Shown: positions 1 to 12,289 of the stretch, piece after piece
Numbering within the stretch: the first letter of the stretch is position 1
Layout of the letters: each line of letters opens with the position of its first letter
NCBI GenBank assembly: GCA_051362555.1
Contig: JBPQGU010000016.1
Location: 4,774,001 to 4,838,000 of the forward strand
Direction: 5' to 3'
Source of the DNA: Lingula anatina
Taxonomy: Eukaryota > Animalia > Brachiopoda
Length of the DNA: 64,000 nucleotides
Notes under the pieces: generated by a model
Databases searched by the model: none
Seen by the model: the letters and a program-made list of their open reading frames with translations, nothing else
Told to the model about the DNA's origin: nothing
Program-made: the position numbers and the translations under genes

Positions 1-1985
1 TCAAAATCACCAAAAATCGACCCATCTCCGATTTTTCCAAAAAGTGACGAAAATCAATCTACCACACCTGTCATTCATAAAAAATGTGGAAACGCGCCCG
101 GGTCACTTCATCAAGGCCCCCAATTCTAGCTTTAAAGATGATCCAAAAATAAGCTCTGAGAACAGAATCTGAGAGGGGGGGGGGGAGACAGAGTTTTTGC
201 TCTATTTCTTCCTTAATGTTGACACCACCACTCTTCCAGCACTTTATTCTTACTACAAATGACCGAAAACACCTACCTGACACTATAATGAAGAAAAAAA
301 ATTTTCATCCCTACCTGGCCAAAATTGAAGAAATCTCACAGTGCCGACACTGTTCAAAATCACTCAAAATCACCAAAAATCGACCCGTCTCCGATTTTTC
401 CAAAAAGTGACGAAAATCAATCTACCACACCTGTCATTCATAAAAAATGTGGAAACGCGCCCGGGTCACTTCATCAAGGCCCCCAATTCTAGCTTTAAAG
501 ATGATCCAAAAATAAGCTCTGAGAACAGAATCTGAGAGGGGGGGGGGGGAGACAGAGTTTTTGCTCTATTTCTTCCTTAATGTTGACACCACCACTCTTC
601 CAGCACTTTATTCTTACTACAAATGACCGAACACACCTACCTGACACTATAATGAAGAAAAAAAATTTTCATCCCTACCTGGCCAAAATTGAAGAAATCT
701 CACAGTGCCTGCACTGTTCAAAATCACTCAAAATCACCAAAAATCGACAAGTCTCCGATTTTTCCAAAAAGTGACGAAAATCAATCTACCACACCTGTCA
801 TTCATAAAAAATGTGGAAACGCGCCCGGGTCACTTCATCAAGGCCCCCAATTCTAGCTTTAAAGATGATCCAAAAATAAGCTCTGAGAACAGAATCTGAG
901 AGGGGGGGGGAGACAGAGTTTTTGCTCTATTTCTTCCTTAATGTTGACACCACCACTCTTCCAGCACTTTATTCTTACTACAAATGACCGAACACACCTA
1001 CCTGACACTATAATGAAGAAAAAAAATTTTCATCCCTACCTGGCCAAAATTGAAGAAATCTCACAGTGCCGGCACTGTTCAAAATCACTCAAAATCACCA
1101 AAAATCGACCCGTCTCCGATTTTTCCAAAAAGTGACGAAAATCAATCTACCACACCTGTCATTCATAAAAAATGTGGAAACGCGCCCGGCTCACTTCATC
1201 AAGGCCCCCAATTCTAGCTTTAAAGATGATCCAAAAATAAGCTCTGAGAACAGAATCTGAGAGGGGGGGGGGGAGACAGAGTTTTTGCTCTATTTCTTCC
1301 TTAATGTTGACACCACCACTCTTCCAGCACTTTATTCTTATTACAAATGACCGAACACACCTACCTGACACTATAATGAAGAAAAAAAATTTTCATCCCT
1401 ACCTGGCCAAAATTGAAGAAATCTCACAGTGCCGGCACTGTTCAAAATCACTCAAAATCACCAAAAATCGACCCGTCTCCGATTTTTCCAAAAAGTGACG
1501 AAAATCAATCTACCACACCTGTCATTCATAAAAAATGTGGAAACGCGCCCGGGTCACTTCATCAAGGCCCCCAATTCTAGCTTTAAAGATGATCCAAAAA
1601 TAAGCTCTGAGAACAGAATCTGAGAGGGGGGGGGGGAGACAGAGTTTTTGCTCTATTTCTTCCTTAATGTTGACACCACCACTCTTCCAGCACTTTATTC
1701 TTACTACAAATGACCGAACACACCTACCTGACACTATAATGAAGAAAAAAAATTTTCATCCCTACCTGGCCAAAATTGAAGAAATCTCACAGTGCCGGCA
1801 CTGTTCAAAATCACTCAAAATCACCAAAAATCGACCCGTCTCCGATTTTTCCAAAAAGTGACGAAAATCAATCTACCACACCTGTCATTCATAAAAAATG
1901 TGGAAACGCGCCCGGGTCACTTCATCAAGGCCCCCAATTCTAGCTTTAAAGATGATCCAAAAATAAGCTCTGAGAACAGAATCTG

Positions 1986-2016
<31 letters not shown>

Positions 2017-2885
2017 ACAGAGTTTTTGCTCTATTTCTTCCTTAATGTTGACACCACCACTCTTCCAGCACTTTATTCTTACTACAAATGACCGAACACA
2101 CCTACCTGACACTATAATGAAGAAAAAAAATTTTCATCCCTACCTGGCCAAAATTGAAGAAATCTCACAGTGCCGGCACTGTTCAAAATCACTCAAAATC
2201 ACCAAAAATCGACCCGTCTCCGATTTTTCCAAAAAGTGACGAAAATCAATCTACCACACCTGTCATTCATAAAAAATGTGGAAACGCGCCCGGGTCACTT
2301 CATCAAGGCCCCCAATTCTAGCTTTAAAGATGATCCAAAAATAAGCTCTGAGAACAGAATCTGAGAGGGGGGGGGGGGGGGGAGACAGAGTTTTTGCTCT
2401 ATTTCTTCCTTAATGTTGACACCACCACTCTTCCAGCACTTTATTCTTACTACAAATGACCGAACACACCTACCTGACACTTTAATGAAGAAAAAAAATT
2501 TTCATCCCTACCTGGCCAAAATTGAAGAAATCTCACAGTGCCGGCACTGTTCAAAATCACTCAAAATCACCAAAATTCGACCCGTCTCCGATTTTTCCAA
2601 AAAGTGACGAAAATCAATCTACCACACCTGTCATTCATAAAAAATGTGGAAACGCGCCCGGGTCACTTCATCAAGGCCCCCAATTCTAGCTTTAAAGATG
2701 ATCCAAAAATAAGCTCTGAGAACAGAATCTGAGAGGGGGGGGGGGGGGAGACAGAGTTTTTGCTCTATTTCTTCCTTAATGTTGACACCACCACTCTTCC
2801 AGCACTTTATTCTTACTACAAATGACCGAACACACCTACCTGACACTATAATGAAGAAAAAAAATTTTCATCCCTACCTGGCCAA
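1..2885 (+). repeat. ~363-bp satellite DNA, array 1 (about 8 monomers visible, open at left edge)
   Basis: Near-identical head-to-tail monomers: the MLTPPLF pseudo-ORF recurs at 216, 580, 941, 1304, 1667, 2045, 2413 and 2779. Length variation comes almost entirely from a poly-G tract. Ends at ...CCCTACCTGGCCAA (2885). Confidence 0.99.
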
Positions 2886-3744
2886 TCACGGACTGTTATG
2901 GACGAATGAAGTTCTGCGTGAAAAATTAGTGATTGTTTCTAGTTCTAGTTTTTTTCCTGACATTTTTTGTGTGTTGCTAGTGGTTAATTTGGTGTCAAGT
3001 AGCAGGTTGGGGCCTAAATTGCTTCTTATTTTTGGTCGAGACCTGGCTCAGTGCTGTACAGTTTCGGACATCTGGCGGAGGGAGCTTACGACTGTGAGCA
3101 GTGCAGTGGTTTGTTCACAAACAAGAGAAAGCATATGTTCAATTACATTTACTGCCGGTATGAAAAGTAACTTTTTGACACTTAAGTTTTGTGGCATTGG
3201 GAGTTACGTCAGTGAGTCTGCTGTCTATGAGAATAGGAAATGTTTCACCAAAATATTCTGTTCATGCAGTTTTGCAGGAATTTTTTAGTGCGGCCGTCAA
3301 TATCTCCGCAGCTACATGTACAAAGCTGAATGACTTCTCACTGAATGCAGCTCGATAGAATTAGTCCCAAAAACATCTTTCATAAAATTTATAATTCTAC
3401 AGAAATAGGGAGATTTTTTGCTCTGTTTAATAATTACATGAAAACTTATGTGGCGAAGGGAGTCACCGGGGTGTTTTGTCATGGGAATTTAAAAAATTAT
3501 GCATTTATGCTCCTCTCTGTACAAACCTATGTACTTTTTGGAGTAGAATTGCAGTAGGCTATTCTGCAAATATGCTCCCGCCGCTTTGCTACTTCGATAC
3601 TACTGCATTTTCGTGCGGGTAACTAAAAAGAAATATGTAATTATTAAAGGTGGGGGTGCAAATGTGTGTGCCTAGATACACAGCAGCTAAGATATTCCTT
3701 AACCCGGGACATCTGTTATCACCTTGCCTTGGTCAACTACTGTA
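2886..3744 (+). repeat. Satellite-adjacent flank, copy 1. Its right end (...GGTCAACTACTG|TA) resembles a CAGT-type Tc1/mariner-pogo terminus with a TA target.
   Basis: Colinear with 61253-62109, with scattered substitutions and small indels. The reverse complement of the end reads TA-CAGTAGTTGACCAAGG. No partner TIR was found in the window, so the TIR call is tentative. Confidence 0.85.
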
Positions 3745-4290
3745 CTTAAGGTAAAAATGTGCAGACAGAAGACCCAAACTACCATCCTACTACCTACTAC
3801 TAACTAACCAGACTAATTTCCTATAAACAAAACGTTTATGTATTACCAAAAAGTTAATACCACCACTAAAACAAACCATTTGCTACATAAATACAATTAA
3901 TTATCTTAATTGAAGTTTGGTGGTTTCCGTTGTTATCATGATGTGTCAAACAATCAGTTTGAAAAAGAAACTGATTGTTGAAGAAATTTGCCCGTAGCTC
4001 CTTATTATTAGGCCTCACATTTTAGAATAAATTACATTTATGTACTAATATTAGGATTTAAAACAAACTCTTAAGTGCAAGAATCACACTGCGACACACC
4101 AGTTTGAAACTCTTTCTTTACCAGAACAGTCTCCGAGTGGAATGAACGAAGTGACCAACAAGTTACTGCTGAAACTGTGGAAGGCTTTAGATCCGGCCTA
4201 CACCGTCATTTCCCATGCGCTCCCTCTTCCCGTCTATCATATACCAGCAGTTTTTTTTTTAAGATACAGATAGGTACCATGTGGCGGATC

Positions 4291-4350
4291 CAGGGGCGGA
4301 TCCAGGAATATTTTAAGGGGGCGGGCCGACCCCGCCCCCCCCCCTCCCTG
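4291..4350 (+). mobile_element. Truncated MITE end of the CAGGGGCGGATCCAG type
   Basis: CAGGGGCGGATCCAGGA at 4291, the same terminal motif as the MITEs at 17362, 21032 and 22942. Confidence 0.5.
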
Positions 4351-4656
4351 TACAGACCGCTTGTTCAAAATATACTATAAGATAATGTTTACAACTGCTG
4401 ATTCCCTGTGTTTACAGATCACGAAATTAATATGCGCCAGCAGGGCCATATCACCGTCGTTATTCGGATATTGATTTGTTCTTGATTTGTTTGAGCTTCT
4501 TTGTTCAGGCGAGGGTGAGGACCACTGCTAAGTCCATTCCTGATCCCAAATTAAGCGATATTGAAAACTCTGTTTCTGAGTGAGTGTCTTTTAAATGTGC
4601 TTAAATATCTCCAATAGATCTCATCAAACATATTTATATACAGGTACATGTATATA

Positions 4657-5969
4657 GGGGAGAGCGGGGTTGGTTGGAACAGTTTTCACCTTTTTTGCGA
4701 TATCTCAGCAGTCAAAGCTTTGGGGACAAAAATAAAAAATCTGATAGGGGAAAATTATATGCCGCACTTATCTATGTAATAAAACATCAAGTAGGTCTTT
4801 TTATTTTAGAGTAATAAATGCTCAAAGTTGGCTCCTAAAACGTTCCATCTCACCCCACCCGCGGGGTCAGTTGGAACAGGCAGTGGGGTGAGTTGGAACA
4901 AGAGGGCGAGTTGGAACGCTTGCATATAAATTCAAAGTATAATTCATTTTAAGAGTAGGTTTATCTATATTAATTTCCCAACAAGTACGTGTTACTTTGT
5001 ATTCGTATCTCCATAGTTTGTAAGCATTTTTTACGTTTACAATTTGCTTTCAAATAGTCTTTTCGATGTATAAACCATATCCAGTTACACTTCATTTCAT
5101 AATGATAACAAAAGTGGTGTAGTTTAAGAGAAAAGAAATTGAACACATATAACTCAACCTATTAACAACATTATGTTAGACCTACAAATGAAAACTGTAT
5201 CTCTTTCAACTCAACAACTCAGAATCAAAATCGCAGTTCTGACATATGTAGGCCCTACACTTGGTCAACCTTTGTACAGTCTTCATGTGACCACTTTAGA
5301 CAAACAATGCATTTAACCCATTGCTCTTTTGGTCGGCTGTTAATGAACGGCTCCCCACAAACCAGACATGGCCACTCTTCTTCTGACTCAGAATCGCTGG
5401 TCATCTTTAATTTCCCTTTTCTTGATTTTCTCTATCGACTAGAAATCTTAAACTGTTTTTTATTTTTGTTGCGCTTGTCCTTTTTAATTTTGTTGGGCTT
5501 GGCCTTTTCTTTTTCGAGTAGCTCATTTTCAGGTGTGTCAGTTAGTACTGCACTGCATCGTTTTCTTCTTTTAATCTTTGGAATGCGACGGTGAGCCTTT
5601 GGAAAGGGTCTAATTATTGCTGGACTTGAGCTGTTTGGGTTTTTTCTTAAGTGAGCTTTAGTGTGCTGTAGCACCTCTTCCGGTGAGGGCAACTGAGATT
5701 TCAACTGAATCTTTGTCTAAGTTACGAGGTGAATGTTTGTCTTTTCTGGCGGATTTTGTACCGTCGTTCACTAAACATTAACAGCAACCCCCAATCCATT
5801 ACTTAAAACATTTAAAACCACATCGGCAGAATTGGTGTTGTATAGTTTATCCATAACATAGGCTCTCAGCTAGAATATTTTCATTTTGCCGCGAAAAGCA
5901 GAGTAATAATCAACATTTCCTTCCACATCTAAAAGCAATTTATCGCAAAAAGCAACAGTGGGCATGCAG
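4657..5969 (-). mobile_element. Non-autonomous pogo-like (Tc1/mariner superfamily) TIR element, 5'-truncated copy. Contains the transposase C-terminus with PHD finger plus part of an OTU-like cargo.
   Basis: TA|GGGGAGAGCGGGGTTGGTTGGAAC terminus at 4657 and internal GTTGGAAC repeats at 4860-4917. The minus strand encodes IIRPFPKAHRR..KRCSAVLTDTPE and WPCLVCGEPF..W(VK)CIVCLKWSHEDC..ICQNC (C4HC3 PHD). It is the reverse complement of ~62756-64000. Confidence 0.88.
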
Positions 5970-6433
5970 GGTTGCTTTGCATTCTTTGCATTTGAAAAAG
6001 GGCACATACTTTAATAACATTATTACAATAATCTATTTTAATTTTGATAAAAAACTTAATCAAAAACTTTATTGCAAATGTGTTATTTAAACTTTATGGA
6101 TTAAATGGATTAATCTAAAATTTTAACTAAATGCGTGTTTTGTTTCTATATCAAGTGTACCCATGTCCACAAGTAGAAGCGGTGGATGGAAGCAGTGGTT
6201 CTGATGTTCTGGTTGTGACCAGTAGGCCTAAACCACAGCAGGGACTTAATTGCTATAAAGCAGACCGACATACATCTCTAAACAGATGGAACTTATATTG
6301 TCTTTCATTAAATAACATAGAGCTTTACATTTAAAGGCAAGACACACTTTGAGAAGGAGTAAGATGAAAAATAACATGGATTGGCATCCTAAAATATAAT
6401 TTGAGTATGACTTATTACCCTCTATTCCTTTGG

Positions 6434-6437
<4 letters not shown>

Positions 6438-6496
<59 letters not shown>
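6438..6496. repeat. (TA)n microsatellite
   Basis: About 29 uninterrupted TA units. Confidence 0.98.
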
Positions 6497-6498
<2 letters not shown>

Positions 6499-6708
6499 AC
6501 AAAAGGAACATGAACAATTTTATTTCTTAGGGGGGGGGGGTTACCTATTCAGCTGATAGCAGTGAAAATCCATGCTAAGTCTGGTCGATCAATGTAGACC
6601 TGTGGTGTCTATAGGAATGTGTCCTAAATCCCACCAAGTGTTGTTTTAGGAATTGTCGCACCACATATTTATGATGTCCGTGTTTCGATATATCCCATTT
6701 ATTCATAG

Positions 6709-7420
6709 TTGATGGCAGAATGGACAGCCCAGGACATAGTGCACAATATTGCGCGAGCATTATTGTTGACTATGAAACAGGGGATGTGTTGGAAGCAGAA
6801 GTTGTAAGGAAGAAAGAAACCAAGCTGAGTAGCTCTGTAATGGAGAAGGAAGGGTTTGTCAGGGCTATGGATTTCCTGAAAAAGAAAAAGGAATCAGTGC
6901 AACAGAAGTGGTCAAAGATGCCCTTGTTGCACACTTAAGTACAAAGTGCTGTTTAGGTCTTACTATAATAATTAGAAAGCAAATTTAGTATGTGAAATGT
7001 ATCTACATGTATGTGATTATTTAGTTGCAATTCTTGCTATTTTTTTGTTATATCTCTCTATATATTTAGCTAAATTTTTCTTATTTCAGAAAAAAAAATG
7101 AATCGGGATAAAACATTCGTGGGACATTTGGCATGGGGCAAAAATCTTGGAAAGAAGATAATCACTGTGAGTAGATATGCATGAGAACAACACAAACTAT
7201 TGCACCATTTTCCATATCTTCAGGTAGAAAAAATAAATGAGTTTTTTCCATCATGGACATTTTCCTTTTTAATAGAGTTATGCATTAAGAATTAAATAGC
7301 TGTCTTGCAATTTTATATTTTAGGCTGAACAGACAAGGAGGACAAGAGATCTGGTTGCATGGACCAAAGGCATATTACACTCTCACTTTTGGGAATGTGA
7401 GCAAGACCACAGATAATATT
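6709..7420 (+). pseudogene. Decayed intron-containing Kolobok-type DDE transposase
   Basis: Three AG/GT-bounded pieces: 6709-6938 DGRMDSPGHSAQYC..VV.KKET.L.S..MEKEGFVRAMDFL..EVVKDA; 7090-7166 IKHSWDIWHGAK(N)LGKKI followed by GTGAGT; 7324-7420 DLVAWTKGII..HFWEC. These follow the order of the DGRxDSPG / TDAH / HxxDxWH / W..I.NHFW motifs I recognise from this family. Frameshifts are present. Confidence 0.8.
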
Positions 7421-7469
7421 TGTTGAGATAATTCTGCAGTTTAGTGTTGTGTTTATTTATTTATTCACC

Positions 7470-9340
7470 ATTTAGATATTGCTCCGGCATCTCAAACTTT
7501 TTTAAATCAACGGAAAGAATTCTTTTTTTTTTTTTTTTGGTACTTTCGTTTGGCCTTTCTTCAGCACCGTTTATTTTTACTAAAATACTTAGACGTTTAG
7601 TTGGGTATTGGAGAAAAATGGAATCCCCATTGTTGTTTATTTAGATGACGGTATTGTGTCTGAAAATTCTCTAGAAAAATATATTACATTTAAAACTACA
7701 TTCTAAAAAAATTAAAATGGATCTGTTTAAAGCAGATTTTGTTTTAAACGCCGAAAAAAGTAAATTAGAACCAGTCAACAAATTGGAATGGTTGGGGATT
7801 ATTTGGGACATGGAAGTAAGGGGATTGTTTATTCCCGAAAGAAGGCTTTCTACATGTACTAGTAATACTCTGTGTCTTTTAGACGAATTGGTTTCAGATT
7901 TACCGTATATAACAGCTATAAAATTGGCGAGGGTTACAGGTAAAATTATTTCTGTTTTATTATTATGTCTCCATTGATTGGAAATGTATCTAGATAAATA
8001 ACTAGAGGAAGCATTGGGATTTTAATATTAATATTAAAGACGAATGTCTTGCATTAAAGAATTAATTTTTGGAAAGACAATTTAGTTTTCTTTTTTTTTT
8101 TTTTAATGAGAAAAGTCTACGTGTACAAAGCTTGCCTAGTAAGTTAAAAACGGTCTATTCAGATGCCAGAAAACCCGGTTTGGGACCATTTGTTTTAAAT
8201 ACGAATAAGTTTTTCATATTAAAAGGGATTAAAAGTAGATGAATAATTGGTCATCTGTTTATAGAATTTAAAACTCACTTTCTTCGAAGGAGAGATAAAC
8301 AGACGATCACTGGATCATTGATATAATGGAGATGGCTTTGTTTATGTATTTCTTAGACCGATTTTGATGAATTTTTCAGGAACTGTACGAAGTGGGCCAA
8401 GGAAGAGATGATTATTTTTTGGTGGTGATCCGGATCAATAATCAATCAAAAATCAATAATAATAAAAAATCGCTGCCTTGGCGGAGGTCTGCGCTCTAGT
8501 TACCAATGGGTTATCGATACAACATGCTGTAATGGAGTTCTGCAACATTGAAGGAATGAATGGAAGAAATGGCCATTAGGATCACAATCATTGATCAATG
8601 ACAGTTAACATGGACATGATTATTGTCCAGGATGAACATAGATTATGGGAACGATTGCTAGAGTTTTGTTTTCAAAAATTTTCTTTTTTTTCCTTTTTCA
8701 TGTTTTCTTGATAATGCTATCCTCCAAGACGTGGAGGTTACAAGCAATAAAAGTTTGAAGGCTTTAGCAGATTCATTACCAGATGTCATTTTGAAGTCAA
8801 GAGCAGACAACACAGTGAGAAAATATTCTTACGGCTTCCAAAAATGGCTTGAACGGTGTAATACGATCGGTGTGACCTCTTTCTTTACAGCGAAAGACTC
8901 GATTGTTGCTTTTTATCTTCAAAATTTGTCACAAACTTGTAATTATTCTGCTGCGGTTTAGACATCTTTTTACACTTTAAAATGGTTTCATGGTACAGCC
9001 AACTGTAAGAAAAATCCGAAATTGCGAGTCAAAATTCGTTATTGCAGTGAAGGAAGCATCTCAGAGACGGAAAGATCATAGAGTAACCAAAAAGGAACCT
9101 GTAACTGCTAAGCACATTTCTCAATTGGTTACTAATTTTATGAGTTCTGAAGTCACTTTGAAGGATCTCCGAGTACTTTCCGTTTGTTTGATTTCATATG
9201 CTGGATTCTAATGCAGGGACTAAAGACAGACTGTTTAAGAAACACGGTAGATGGCGATCTGAAAACACAAAAGACGGTTATGTTAAGGATACTGTCGAAG
9301 AAAGATTATTAGTTTCTAAAAATTTGGGAATTTAATTTTT
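7470..9340 (+). mobile_element. Decayed DIRS/Ngaro-type tyrosine-recombinase retrotransposon (RT, RNase H start, YR)
   Basis: VLSFGLSSAPFIFTKILR, YLDD (7638-7649), LEWLGIIWD, VYSDA (~8152). YR N-terminus SRADNTVRKY..FQKW and LISYAGF; YR C-terminus RLFKKHGRWRSE..KDGYVKD..ERLLVSKNLGI* (ends 9335). Many stops, frameshifts and internal deletions. Confidence 0.9.
8330..8501 (+). mobile_element. 3' fragment of a Helentron-type non-autonomous element (HINE/DINE-1-like), nested in the DIRS relic
   Basis: GGGCCAAGGAAGAGATGATTA..TTTTGGTGGTGATCCGGATC and terminal CCTTGGCGGAGGTCTGCGCTCTAGTT, which I recognise as a typical 3' end of this group. Confidence 0.65.
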
Positions 9341-10692
9341 TTTACTTGTCTTTTTGCTATTTCAAATGTTTTACTTCAGTTTGGCTTCTGTGGCAAGTAC
9401 TACAAGTTTTAATTGTTGCTTTTTATTTATTTGAATCAAGAGTGAAGAGTTTACAAATTATTTATGAAATTGAATAGATAAATAAGAACATAATATTAAT
9501 TTGTTTCACATTGCGCTCCTTCACACCCCCCCCCTCCCTTCTCTTGGGTACTTTTCCTTCTCTCTGTAATGTTTACGATCTTTTGTGAATACGACCAGTG
9601 TTAAAAAAGGTAAATTTATTAGTATCTCTAAAATCTTAAATTGATAACTTCAATAACTTCCCTTAATCATGGTTATTTTTATTTAACTTTGACCACGGAC
9701 CCGCAGAATCTTCGAGCGGGCCAGTTTATGTCTACATGTATTACTTACAATCGACAGCCAGGGGGGCGTACAATACAATATATTTCGTCCTACGCAAAGC
9801 TACTCCCCGAATGTATGAGCATCATCATTTACTTGTTATACCTATCTTCATTGCTATTTTTAGTTTTTGATTTAATATAAACTAGTTGTCCTAGAAAAAT
9901 ATTATGTATGGTGACAAATAGGTCTACGCGGGTAATAGCCTTGTCACAATAGTAAAATAATATTCCATAATTTCGCCGTTCTTTGAGACCAATTTCCACA
10001 GCAACTCCTCAAATGTGCCATGCACTGTACCAGTTGTAATTTGCATAAGAAAAAGTCGCGCATCGCAGTGCAAGCTATGCTCCTGGTTGGTCACTGGATA
10101 GCTAGACCCTGTAAGAAGACGACCTGCATTCAGTGGTGGTTGGAAGGGTATCACGTGATACGTCAAAAGATGCGCATGCACGTCAGTCATTTGACGTTTT
10201 GCTGTCGAAGAGTGAACATCGAAAGTGAGCTCCCGGCGACGTCTTCCTGCGTCTTCGTCCAGTAAAGCGTTGGCGCAACTGTGTGCGATGCATTGTTTAT
10301 TGGGGCATTTGCGTAACGTTACGCCGACTTTGTTTCATTATGTATAAATGTATATAAATATAAATATGGATGCTACAAACTAATAATGAAACACTTGAAA
10401 AAATGTGCAATTTATGATCAACAAACCGACGAGTAGAGTTGTAAAATGTCACCGTGGCATAGGTATCAAATCTCTGTCAGTGTGTAGGCCTACTATCCTA
10501 TATACCTGTAGTGACTGTAGCTTGGGCAGAGTAAAATTTGCTGGCAGTGTTCATTTGTTATTGACTTTAATTTTTCTGTGTATAATTGATAATTTCTTGT
10601 TTGAATAAGAATAATAATTAACTCTAGAAATTAAAATAGTAAATTATGACAAGTTGATAATTCAGATAACTATAAGAAAGGGCATGTGACAA

Positions 10693-10694
<2 letters not shown>

Positions 10695-10735
<41 letters not shown>
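10695..10735. repeat. Poly(T) tract
   Basis: About 41 consecutive T. Confidence 0.95.
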
Positions 10736-10736
<1 letters not shown>

Positions 10737-12289
10737 TGGAAAGTAAGCTTGACCAAAGTTTAAGGCAAAGAAAATGTAAAATGACAAAATTATCATAAAC
10801 AAATGGAAGAACTTTGATATGATTATAAACTTTTTATTTCACATATTTCATAAAAACATAATTAACAGTATATTTTATTTCTTACATTTTTCTTATAAAT
10901 TTTATAACTCATTTAAATATTCACAAGATATTGAAATAATATAATAATACTTTTTAAATGATTTAAAAGGGTGACAACCTACAAATACATACATGCACAG
11001 GCAAGACTGAAATCCTGATAGAATTCAGATTACTTTAAATTCGTCTTGGTCAGATTTTAATATCACTTTTTTTAAAACTATAAAATATGCCTTGAATTTC
11101 AAGTTAGTTTGCCAGATGCGTACATTACTCAGAGTGAGAAATCATGGTAAATGCATATAATAAGAGACAGAAAATGTAATGTATTATCAACATTTACAAA
11201 TCCTCATATCTGACAGAAATCACAATAAACGAAGTTTTTCCAAGATCTGCAGTATTTAATTTTCTCCAAGTTCATTAGTCTTACTACTCACTTTACTTAA
11301 TTAATCAAAACTTAACTTACAAAAGATGAGGGGAATTCTCTATGCAGATAATACAATATTTGATATTGTGACAAACTACTAATTTAACATTTGATGACTG
11401 AGTAATTAAAAAGCAATCATGTTTATTACAATGTCACACTCCATGAAGGCACAGATTTTGGAAATAACAAACATCATTCCTGTTATCTCAAGTCTCTAAT
11501 TTCAGCTACAATCCATAGGCGGTATCCCATTATGAGGTTATAAGCTGTTTCCATTCCCTGAAATTAAAAAGCAGTAAATGTTTTATATTTGATATTATTA
11601 TTATTTAACTGGATAAGGCTTCAACTTTTTAGGTAACCTGTTACCATTATACTTAAATATGATTTCAATTTTTATGATAGTAAGATTAAAATGAAAGTTT
11701 AGGCAAAACAAACACAGAACATGTTTTTGTCAATGTTAACGAAATAGATGAGCAATGGAAACATAAGTCACAAGTTTACAACTATGGTATTCCGATGAAT
11801 TACTTCTCACCTTTATAGTGCACAGCATTTCAAAAATAAAAATTGTAGTCCATGCTGAAAAAGATATGAGACTTATCATCAGTATTTAAAAAAAATGTTT
11901 ATTTGATATGTACTTGAGCCAACTAGAGGATCAGAGAGGCGATACCGCCTCCGGATATTGTACCACCAGCTGGAGTAAGCGCATTCGTATGGACCCCCCC
12001 CTTCCAAAAAGGGACACCATCACCAGTCTTGTGCTTGACAAGCTCTATAAGATGCAATCAATAAGAGTTCTCAAAATATGCAAAAAAATATAACTAAAAA
12101 TGGTACAATCAAGCAGATTTTCGAATTGACTTGCATTTTCCTACCCTTGATCACTCCTGTATTCTCTAGACAAAAGGCCTATTGGTTTTCCTTGAAAAGT
12201 GTTGTTAATGGTGCATATATGCTGACAAAAGAGAAAACCTAGGGGCAACAAGGGGTACATCTCTGCTAGTTTTAAAGATATGAGAGGCA

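Noticed and set aside
443-465. CENP-B box-like motif (TGGAAACG..CGGG) in the satellite
   Set aside because: Lacks the essential TTCG and the correct spacing to CGGG.
2779-3557. ORFs of 169 aa and 70 aa across the satellite/flank junction
   Set aside because: The start lies in the satellite, the frame is not preserved in the second copy (61145-61653), and there is no recognisable domain.
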